A DNA stretch of 43,177 nucleotides from Myxococcota bacterium (lineage in GTDB: Bacteria; Myxococcota; XYA12-FULL-58-9; JABJBS01), in the NCBI GenBank assembly GCA_036339465.1, contig JAYZAY010000016.1, positions 1 to 43,177 of the forward strand, given 5' to 3'. Shown piece after piece: positions 20,554 to 29,413 of this stretch (positions are counted from its first letter, which is position 1; each line of letters begins with the position of its first letter). The notes under the pieces are model-generated. The model ran no database searches. It was given only the letters and a program-made list of their open reading frames with translations, and was not told where the DNA came from. A program made the position numbers and the translations under genes.

Positions 20554-21516
20554 ATGGAGTCAGAAGTTCACATTGGAACCAAAATGCTCGCGTTTGAAAA
20601 ACAAGAGGAATCCAAATCCCAATTGATCGACTTTTTCCGCCGCCGACAGGTCACAGGGGCTGTGGTCAACACGGATGTTGCATTTTGGGAAACCCTCAAT
20701 TCCGACCTAAAACTCGGAGCCATTTTCCTTGGGGGCCCCTTTCCTGACCTAAAACTCTTGCTAGATAAAATTCATGAACGAAAACGAGAAATCCCAATCT
20801 TTATTCGCTCTTCCGAATCCCAATCCCAATTAATCAGCGAATTCATGCTGGAGCAACCCGGCTCAGTGGTCGTGCAATATGACGCAATTTCAGATGCACA
20901 ATTAACTTGGATTATGGGACAATATATTTTTTCCCGTTATTATCCAAACAAACTTATTCAACATGTCGTTCGTGATCTTTGCGATATCCTCGCAGAGCAA
21001 TTCTCTGAAGTAACCCCCTCCATCAACCAAATTTTATCGTCAGACGACAGACGCATGCACGGTGATCGGATAGACCACATACACATTAAAAGCAGTTGGT
21101 GTGCTGGTTCAATACTCCTAGAAACAAATACATCAGATATAACCAATCTTGTAAGCCTTGGACGAACTCATTTTGCACCAACAGTCGAGGAGGCCTCACT
21201 TTGCGCTGAAAGTGTGATCCGGGAGATAGTCAACCGACTCGCAGGCGCATTTAAGCGCAAATATGTTTCCTATGACTTTAACCCAAACATGGATTACCCA
21301 GAAGTTCCAATGTCCATAAGCCGTGATCGACACGTCAGTTTTGGTCCTGCCATACCAATTCTATGCTTTGACTTTGGCATTCGCGACGGACGAGACGGAG
21401 CCAATGAATTCGATCCGTTTCAAATGTATCTACGTATGTCATTTCATTCACACTGGGATCCAGAGGACGCCATTGTGCAGCAATCTGTGGAACAAGAGGG
21501 AGTAAATTTCTTTTAA
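20554..21516 (+). CDS. CheX-like chemotaxis phosphatase-domain protein with degenerate receiver-like N-terminus
   Basis: LGAIFL, IPIFIR, YIFSRYYP, SSWCAG and E-x-x-N (REIVN..AG) match long CheX-annotated proteins as I recall them. Confidence 0.6.
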   Translation: MESEVHIGTKMLAFEKQEESKSQLIDFFRRRQVTGAVVNTDVAFWETLNSDLKLGAIFLGGPFPDLKLLLDKIHERKREIPIFIRSSESQSQLISEFMLEQPGSVVVQYDAISDAQLTWIMGQYIFSRYYPNKLIQHVVRDLCDILAEQFSEVTPSINQILSSDDRRMHGDRIDHIHIKSSWCAGSILLETNTSDITNLVSLGRTHFAPTVEEASLCAESVIREIVNRLAGAFKRKYVSYDFNPNMDYPEVPMSISRDRHVSFGPAIPILCFDFGIRDGRDGANEFDPFQMYLRMSFHSHWDPEDAIVQQSVEQEGVNFF

Positions 21517-21726
21517 TATCAAATTTTGATGCCTAAAGGTTCAAAATCCCTATTTAGGCACAAGAAGGTATTTTACTGGCTCCCATAGGAGGACCGACTC
21601 TCAAATTATCCGGACCAAGCCCGCTCGCCAGGCCCCTATGGCTTTAGCCCGAATTGAGGCTCCTTTTGGAGCCAATAAAAAAGCCAATACTGTGACCTTA
21701 AGCTCGCCACATAAACAAACAAGGCT

Positions 21727-22556
21727 ATGACAATATCAATGGTGACAAACATTGTGTGCCGCAGTGCGCAAAAAAACCTTCGAAAAACCACTGACAGTTT
21801 GGGACAGTCCATCGAATACCTGTGTTTGGAGCTCCGCATCAAAAAAGCGGCGACGTTCCCGCCAGAAGTTCAATTGCCAGTCAACTCGGCGCGCACATAC
21901 TCGGCCTAAAACAAGCACAACAAAACGGAAATGATGTGGTCAGCGTGGTGCAAGTTTCCCATGCTGCGATATCAAAGTTCACAGGTATCATCACTCGGAT
22001 GCGGGAAGTTTCAGTTCAAGCCTCCGGCAGCGAAGGCATGGATAGCACGGAACGTGGATTCCTAAATCAGGAATTTAAGTTTTTAGATTCAGGGCGTGTT
22101 CGAATCATCCAAGCGACAAAATTCAATGGTACAAATTTGGTCAACGAGGGCCTAGCCACTGGAGCATCGTTCCAAGGTTGTTTTAGAAATACGGCAAACG
22201 ACCGGATTTTCATTACCATCACCAGTTCAACCTCAACCCAATTAGGACTCAATGACGACCATTTGAGTACAGCGACTGCCGCCCAAAAAGCGGTCACGAC
22301 GTTGGACACAGCGTTGGAGTCTGTCCATACCAAATTGGGAATACTTGGTGCCAGCCAAAACCCTTTCAGCATGACTATCAGTAACTTCGGATCCCTGTAT
22401 GAAAATCAAGGGGCTTGTTTATGGCGTCTTCAAGACGCAGATGTCGCCGAAGGATCTGCCGCATTTACACGGAAGAAAATTATCACCCAAGCAGGTACCG
22501 CCCTACTTACCCAGGCCAACGCACTTCCCCAAGCGACATGGGCACTTCTAGTTTAA
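21727..22556 (+). pseudogene. fliC: Flagellin, frameshifted and degenerate
   Basis: N-terminus MTISMVTNI...AQKNL...LRIKK in frame 21727. It continues in another frame as GDVPA...QAQQNGND...TKFNG...LGASQN...DADVAE...QANALPQ. One base is missing at about 21841-21850. Confidence 0.88.
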
Positions 22557-22624
22557 TCAAATAAACGGCGGTGGGTGTTTTGAGATCTCAATAAGGGCTC
22601 TCTGATCTTAGTCTTCTGTTTATT

Positions 22625-24118
22625 TTAGTCTTTCGTAATCAGGTGGCTCAGCGCGCTGCGAACAACATCGATGATCAAATCAATTTCTTCCGAAGTGAGC
22701 GTGAAGTGGGGCGTAAACCGAAGCGCATTCTTTCCGCCATGAATGACACCAATGCCCCGAGTACGGCAATATTCTTCAACACCGCCAAACCCAACCACCC
22801 GTAGGCGGTCGGAGTCAAGCTCTGCACACAAGAGAAGGCCCGTGCCTTCAACATGGGTGATGGCCCCCGGAATCTCCTCGGCAAGCTTCTTAAGCTTGGC
22901 CACAAACTCAGCGCCGCGATCTCGGATATTGCTTCGGATCTCCGCCGTCATATTTTCCAACACCGCGGACGCAGCTTCCAGAGCACGGGGATTGGTGGTC
23001 ATCGTATTGCCGTAGACACCACAGACATAGTGCTTACTTGCATTGGCGCTCAAGGCCAAAACTGAAAACGGATACTGCCCCGCATTGAGGGCTTTTGAAT
23101 AGGTCTCCATATCCGGCACATCACAGTCCTCGAATCCCGGGTAGTCGGTAATGCTCAAATTGCCGGTTCCCCGAAAGCCCGCTTGAATCGAATCGATCAC
23201 CAAAAGGCTACCGTGGTCGAGGGTAAGCTTGCGCGCCAGGTCGTAAAAGTCACGCTTCAGAGCACGGCCCGGGACACCCTCACCCATGACTGGCTCGATA
23301 AACACCGCTTCAATGAAGACGTTGTTGTTGTCGGCATCGGCAAAGGCTTGTTTAAGCCCCTCAACATCATTTGGCTTCACGGTGATAAGGTTATCCCGGT
23401 CCCGAAATGATGCCATAGTATCGCGGTAGGTGCCGATACTGGAGTCCGAGATCTGTGCGGGCCTATCGGTTCGCCCGTGGAATGCGCCGGTCAGACTCAG
23501 AATCTTGATGGTCCTACCTTCATGGCGACCCCCAACATCGGTCTTTGACTTCGCATTGATGTCGCAAATTCGCGTGGCCACAGAGACTGCTTCGGAACCA
23601 CTGTTAAGACAGACAATCTGACCGTAGGGAAAGCCCCCGGCCCGGTTGTGCCCAATTTCTGCTTTGAGGCATTCAGCGAAGCGCTTCTGAGAAAAGCTGG
23701 CTGTCATAACATTGGCCATGACCCAATTATTCGACATAGCATCGAGGACATGGGCCGGGCCGTGCCCATTGCCGAGCATCCCGTAACCGCCGGAATCGTG
23801 AAGGACTGCACCATGGGTGGTAACGACCCACGGGCCACGAGCTGCAAGTGCCACATAGGGGTTCACAGCTTCTGGCGCGTAGAAATTGAGATAGCTCTGC
23901 TGAAGCCTTTCAATGAGTGCAGTCTCGTCGAGGCCCAGATCGTGGGCACAGTTTCCACGCAGCTCCTGGTGACGCACGTAAGCCTCATCAATGGCCGCAA
24001 CCAGCTTCGGGTGGTTGGGCATGTGCTCGCAAAGGACCGATTCCGCAAGGCCCTGGGTTTTGCGTTCACCCCCATAAGCCTTCATTTCCATAAGTTTTTC
24101 TATATGTATTTTTGACAT
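22625..24118 (-). CDS. lat: L-lysine 6-aminotransferase-like class III aminotransferase
   Basis: NFY...PYVALAARGPWV, D-x-GGYGMLG, LNSGSEAV, FHGRTDRPA, EPVMGEG, DSIQAG, PDMETYSKALN, GNTMTTNPRAL, IHGGKNALRFTPHF; recalled close match to Flavobacterium lutescens LAT. Confidence 0.8.
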   Translation of the reverse strand: MSKIHIEKLMEMKAYGGERKTQGLAESVLCEHMPNHPKLVAAIDEAYVRHQELRGNCAHDLGLDETALIERLQQSYLNFYAPEAVNPYVALAARGPWVVTTHGAVLHDSGGYGMLGNGHGPAHVLDAMSNNWVMANVMTASFSQKRFAECLKAEIGHNRAGGFPYGQIVCLNSGSEAVSVATRICDINAKSKTDVGGRHEGRTIKILSLTGAFHGRTDRPAQISDSSIGTYRDTMASFRDRDNLITVKPNDVEGLKQAFADADNNNVFIEAVFIEPVMGEGVPGRALKRDFYDLARKLTLDHGSLLVIDSIQAGFRGTGNLSITDYPGFEDCDVPDMETYSKALNAGQYPFSVLALSANASKHYVCGVYGNTMTTNPRALEAASAVLENMTAEIRSNIRDRGAEFVAKLKKLAEEIPGAITHVEGTGLLLCAELDSDRLRVVGFGGVEEYCRTRGIGVIHGGKNALRFTPHFTLTSEEIDLIIDVVRSALSHLITKD

Positions 24119-24826
24119 TACTCATTTCCTATAACCGAAGGAGTGGGGCGGCTATCACATAAAGAGAAAGCCTATCAACGTAAATCATACAAATCCGAGC
24201 TTTGAACCTCTATCAAGACAGGGAAAAAATAAACAAAGCACCTCTCAAACATCCTCAACTCCTGGGTGACCAAGAAGAAATCCAAACCCTAATTTAAACC
24301 CGATACACCGTAGACAATTCTCCCATCCCCCCCGCCCTTCTCTGGAATCGATATCCATTGGATTCATTCAGCCGACGGTGTGTCAGTAGTGCCTATATTT
24401 ACCGCACAATGTTGATGAAAAGTGACCGACGGTCCAAACCAACAATGCCGGCAATCCCGCACATGTGGTACTTCCCTCTCGACTTTGAATCTCCTTCGGA
24501 TTTTCGAAAACGCTTTCGATATTGGGAGCACTATTTCAACAAACGAATGTTCAGAGAATGGATATCGAGCAGGAAACTCTGGGTCGTACCCTTCTTGAGC
24601 CGCTTAACCCACACCAATGCGAACCATCCCGAAAAAAACCAAGAGAAGAAGTCAGAAAAGACCAATCTAGTGCCAACACCATGCTGTCTCCACACATTGA
24701 CTCTCTTGGTCTTTCAAAAGATTCCACCGCATAGCGGTCGCTACATGAACAAATGCCATTGGCACAAGCCTTGACGAAAAGACTCAATTCCCAAATCATC
24801 TCGCTCTCAAATAAAGCTCAACCAAG

Positions 24827-26092
24827 TTAGCCACCTTCCCGGTGATGGGGATAGTTCTCGGGCGTGGGCGGTAGATTCAGAATCTCTTCGGGATACTTTT
24901 CAGCCAGGAAAGTGATGATATCTTTGACGGATATAATTTCCAGAGCATCGTCGTTAACATCCAAAAGGGGAATGTGCCTGAAACCACCTAACTGCATGCG
25001 ATTAATGGCGAATGCAAGTGGATCAACGGCATGCAGATACTCGGGGTTTGTAGTCATGTAGTCATCGACGACCGCGCAGTCGAGATTGATGTCTTCCCCT
25101 ATAACTTTCATGAGAAAATCACGCTCGGTCATAATCCCTTTAAGTCGTGAATCTTGTTTCACTAGGAGGCAGCCAATATTGTTTTCCTTGAGCACAAAGA
25201 TAGCCTTTCTCAGAGAAGTTCCCGATTCAACGGTGATGGCAGTAGATGGTTGCAGTTCTGTGATAGGACATTTGAACATTAATGTTGAAGCTTCGGAATA
25301 TATATTCACGAGCTCGGTGAGTACGCGTACGAGCAGCTCACGAGCGTGGGATCTGGCATGGGCTTGATCGGCAATGTTTACATCGTCGATGTTTTTTTCA
25401 AGCGCATTAAAATAATAAGACAACGCGTCTTCTCCGCGACCGCCCGTTTTCGAAATCGAACGGGCAAGTCGTTTGATCTCTTCGGTTGTATCACTAAGAG
25501 AATAACCATTGTTTAAGAATGAGGCGTATTCTTTGCTAATCTCACTATTTCGTGAGCTGTGGGCCTTAGAAACAGAGGAGAGTTCGGATCTACATTCTTC
25601 CAATTCTTCTAACCGTTCCGTTATTTGCTCGTGAAGAGATGCGTTTACTCTCTCTAACTCTTGTTGATGTTTTTGCTGGCGAAGAAAGACCTCAACTCGA
25701 CACTTTAGTATCTCGGCTTTGATAGGCTTACTAATATAATCAAAAGCACCCAAGGAATATCCCAATTCAATATCCATTTCTGAAATTCTGGCCGCACTCA
25801 TGAATATTATGGGGAGGTACTCGTGACCTGGCATGGCGCGAATCGCACTGGCTGTTGCAAACCCATTTAAGTCCGGCATATCGAGATCCAGTAGTACCAG
25901 TGACACAGCTTCTGTTTTGATACATTCTAACGCGGCTTTCCCACTGCCCGCGGTTAAAATCTTACGATGGTTATTTGTCGAATTAGAACCACCAAGAAAA
26001 GCTGAAATCTCTATCCTATTCGCTTCGGCATCATCGACGACCAGGATCGTTTCTACTATGTTTTCCTGACCGGACTCTTCTGATTCTGTCAT
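24827..26092 (-). CDS. Receiver domain - coiled coil - helical domain - CBS pair protein
   Basis: ILVVDD, LLDLDMP, DYISKP; C-terminal GCLLV, GIMTERDFL, MTTNPE, GFRHIPLL, ISVKDII. Confidence 0.9.
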   Translation of the reverse strand: MTESEESGQENIVETILVVDDAEANRIEISAFLGGSNSTNNHRKILTAGSGKAALECIKTEAVSLVLLDLDMPDLNGFATASAIRAMPGHEYLPIIFMSAARISEMDIELGYSLGAFDYISKPIKAEILKCRVEVFLRQQKHQQELERVNASLHEQITERLEELEECRSELSSVSKAHSSRNSEISKEYASFLNNGYSLSDTTEEIKRLARSISKTGGRGEDALSYYFNALEKNIDDVNIADQAHARSHARELLVRVLTELVNIYSEASTLMFKCPITELQPSTAITVESGTSLRKAIFVLKENNIGCLLVKQDSRLKGIMTERDFLMKVIGEDINLDCAVVDDYMTTNPEYLHAVDPLAFAINRMQLGGFRHIPLLDVNDDALEIISVKDIITFLAEKYPEEILNLPPTPENYPHHREGG

Positions 26093-26297
26093 AACCGGAT
26101 TGTAGTAGCTCCGAGCAAGTAGAGCAACCCGACTATTTCACAAAAAAAACTGGAGACACCTTTCCAAAATGAACCGCTTGTCATTTCAACGTGGCCTTTG
26201 ACTTCCTTCATTTTTTGGACCTATGCCAATAGAATATGTGTGTCTATGTGAGTAAGTACAAGATAGCCGGCAGAGAGCCAACCGAATAGGAGATAAA

Positions 26298-26543
26298 ATG
26301 TGGTTTATTGACGCACACGCCCACTTGACTCACGAGCAATTTAGCAACGACGCAAAAGAGGCGCTAACTCGAGGCAAAGAAACAACTCCTCCACATAATT
26401 ATGAACGTCTCGGGTCCAGCCAGCAACCACAAAAAGGTGGTGCTTTGTGAAGGCGAACCCAGGCCCTTGTCACCACCGACTTTCAAAGCCGTGCATTGGG
26501 AACAAACGCGCTGTGATAACGAATCAATTGGCTTCGGGGTTTA
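26298..26543 (+). pseudogene. tatD: TatD-family hydrolase 5' remnant
   Basis: AGGAGA RBS, then MWFIDAHAHLTHEQFSNDAKEALTRGKE (D-x-H-x-H-L). The frame stops at 26450 and a shifted frame continues HIIMNV...KKVVLCEG. Confidence 0.65.
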
Positions 26544-26716
26544 GAAATCACCACCATCAATTCCTCAATTAGGATTTGGCAATGAGTGCAAACTTAAGGT
26601 CCATCAGAGAGTCATATCAAGGGAGGTGCCCCGAGTAAAGAAGTCAAGCCAGAGCCGCGGTCAGGTCCCAAAAAAGACCTAAACCTAACGCCTCAAAGAG
26701 ACTCGAGGCCTTTTTT

Positions 26717-27184
26717 CTATTGGGTCTCAAAAAGGCTATTATCATCCAAAGCGGGTAAACCCTGCTCTCGACGCCAATCATCCCGGAGAAGACAAAGCCG
26801 CTTAAAGTGCCGACGCGCTCCTCCCACCATAAAGACAGAAGGAACACTATCGGGCCGCATGATTTCCAACAGGAACGTTCGATACCGACGCACCAGCGAA
26901 AACCGTCGCTTGCATCGGCCCAGATTTGCCCACGAAATAGAATACCATCGCTTCTCTACATACACCCAAAGCCGACCATCCTGGCCTTCCACCAACTCCA
27001 CCATGGGTAAAGGCTTGGGCCGACGCAGCACACCAAAATAACCGAACACGATCCCAGCCAGCAGAGGCATAATCATCAGCTTAAAGTCCGCGCCTCGATA
27101 AAGTAGAAACACCACCGACACCACACTCATCACGGCCAGCAAGACAGAGCTAATGGACAGCATGGCCCCCTCGGTCTTGGCCAT
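26717..27184 (-). CDS. Hypothetical membrane protein (2 TM plus soluble C-terminal domain)
   Basis: Two hydrophobic helices then a basic beta-rich region. Start uncertain (27163, 27184 or further upstream). Confidence 0.6.
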   Translation of the reverse strand: MAKTEGAMLSISSVLLAVMSVVSVVFLLYRGADFKLMIMPLLAGIVFGYFGVLRRPKPLPMVELVEGQDGRLWVYVEKRWYSISWANLGRCKRRFSLVRRYRTFLLEIMRPDSVPSVFMVGGARRHFKRLCLLRDDWRREQGLPALDDNSLFETQ

Positions 27185-27327
27185 GAAGCTATAGTAAATG
27201 GAAACCAATCGTTTTCCCTGGGGTTTGACAGTTTGACTCAAGAAAACATTTAAATGGGGTGCTGCGGTCATCATAGGAATTCTCCTGGTTGGTGAGCCAT
27301 ATCCATGGCTGAATGAGTGGATTCGAG

Positions 27328-27930
27328 TTACTTTCTGGGACCGCCTAAACCAAGGACCAGACTGGCACACGCCTCGGGCTTAGGTAGGGATTTGGCGGGG
27401 ACCCTGTTTGGCAACTCCACACAAACCTTCGTATGGAAGGCCCCCAGAATGGCAGCACCCACGGATAAGCAAAGTTCCGATTGACCGTCCCGGTCGTGGT
27501 CCTGTTGCGACACCTCAAGGTGCGCCCCAGCGCCAATACCCACGCCAACCTCCACCGTCGCCCTATCTCCCTGATACCCCACTGTGAGACGAGCCGCGTC
27601 AACTTCCGCGGCGATACCAACACTGCCACCGGTATCCTTGGCTCTAGCATGGGTGCCAATCCTTCCAGCTAAGAGATCCAAGCGTCCTGTGAACCCAATA
27701 TCCGACTCGCCAACCAACTGAAAGCCATTGCCTGCCAGTTCGGTGGAGAGCCCCACCTCGGCAGTAAAGGCCATGGACGTTGCTGACACACCGCTTGATT
27801 CAACCTCCACACGGGCGAGATTTCCGGATACCCCTATGGTTTCCATCGTGTTGGTCACTTTGAATTCCCCCACACTCCGAGAGGCAGAAGGAGAATGAAA
27901 AGCAGGGCGTTGAGAATTGACTGAGGACAT
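27328..27930 (-). CDS. Hypothetical Gly/Val/Ala-rich beta-strand protein with Ser-rich N-terminus
   Basis: 200-aa ORF with GGAG RBS and an upstream sigma54 motif. Confidence 0.75.
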   Translation of the reverse strand: MSSVNSQRPAFHSPSASRSVGEFKVTNTMETIGVSGNLARVEVESSGVSATSMAFTAEVGLSTELAGNGFQLVGESDIGFTGRLDLLAGRIGTHARAKDTGGSVGIAAEVDAARLTVGYQGDRATVEVGVGIGAGAHLEVSQQDHDRDGQSELCLSVGAAILGAFHTKVCVELPNRVPAKSLPKPEACASLVLGLGGPRK

Positions 27931-27963
27931 GATGTTACTCCGTTTCTAGATTTACCTAGGCAT

Positions 27964-27981
27964 TTGCGAAGAACGTGCCAA
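27964..27981 (-). promoter_or_regulatory. Putative sigma54 (-24/-12) promoter
   Basis: TTGGCACGTTCTTCGCAA, with GG-N10-GC spacing, about 35 nt upstream of ATG 27930. Confidence 0.65.
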
Positions 27982-29413
27982 CCTCGACGCACGGGCGAAG
28001 CTTACGTGTCAACGGAATAAATAGTGCATCCCGAGCCTATGATAAGAATAAATAAAGACCCGTAACCTCGGTAACTTACGAAAAAGAGAAACAACACTCC
28101 ACAGCCATTCGTGCACTCAAAATCAACGAGACGAACTGAGTTCGACGCCTGCCTTTTGAGTCAAGTCCCCTCCCCTCCAATAAGCTCTTCGTGGTCCACT
28201 GAACGGTTCAGCCCCTCGGTGAAACACCGATGACTTCCTTGGCCCCTCACCAACATCGCAATAAAGCCGGGAAAAGAACCACACAAAGCGCACTAACTGT
28301 CCACACCGTGCATGCCACCCGGGAGATTCAAGATTCGAAGGTGATTCTTCGTTCTTAGAAACTCTAATAAGTTAATGCTCACTGAGGAATTCTTGGAATC
28401 CCACCGCACCCAACCAACCTCTCCAATAATCCCCCCCATGTTTCTCAAAAACAGCAAAAAGCCGGTAGCGCAGCAGTAGATGAAAGAAGTACGTCCATTG
28501 GCACATAAACCGGCACAAAGGTGTTGGCTATGGGTCCTGCGGCAAATCAGAGCTCCGGCAACCTGTTACCTTAGGCAGAGTCCATGGCGCTTACATGGAA
28601 ACGTTGCCAGATATTTATGGGAGCGGCAGTGGTACCGGCCGCGCACATAAACAGCCGACCACTCTAATACCACGACCGAAATACGCCCCCCCCCCCGCCA
28701 GGCGATGCCTAGCTTACTCTGACCAAAATCTGTAAGTGGGGGCGGGAGGGCTTCCAAGTGACCTGGTGGATTTGGTAGCGTGGATTTTGCTACCAGGCGG
28801 TGGCCTATGGGCTTAAGGCAACGCTAAAATCCGCAGTTAGGACTTGCGCACCTCGCCGATGGCCCTCTAAGGGAAGGCGATTTTCTTGTTTAAGTCACTT
28901 CAAAAAGAAAGGACAGGATTGTGAAACGAAACACCCTCCTCTCTTATGGGCAAACTCATGCTCATATCCGTCTCGATATCCGCTAATTTATCCTCAAATC
29001 GCCCAACAACCAAGGACAGAAGGTGGCCCTCCAGTAGGGGTCATCGATCGCCATGACCACCGGATGAAAGCTTCGGTGCCGATATCGGGACTTTTTTGCG
29101 AATGCCGCTGGCGAGAACTCGAGACGCTTTGGATATAGATAACAAAGTTCCGAGGTTCCTAAGACCGTGGCATTCATGGTGTACCGCTGCGATTGGATGC
29201 TTGGCGCTTTGGCCTATGGCTTATGGCATTGAATCAAAACACATACTACGACAGAAGGTACCCTGCTCCCTCATCAAACAATCCCATGTAATTCGTCTCT
29301 TAACCCCCATTCAAAGAACTCGCTCCCCTCCCCCATGGAAATCTGTTTGGAAACATTCGAGATACCTTAGCCTCCCCCTAAAAACGATTGTCGGGTTTCT
29401 CTTCGGATCCGCG

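Noticed and set aside
21840..21847. AAAAAAG as a programmed -1 frameshift rescuing flagellin
   Set aside because: The frame is C-AAA-AAA-G rather than the canonical A-AAA-AAG, and the protein has many other degenerate positions.
24358..24774. ORF with DFESPSDFRKRFRYW resembling an AraC C-terminal helix
   Set aside because: The similarity is too short and the rest of an AraC domain is absent.
28216..28230. TCGGTGAAACACCGA as a parS site
   Set aside because: Only half of the TGTTTCACGTGAAACA consensus, a single copy, and no ParB in the window.
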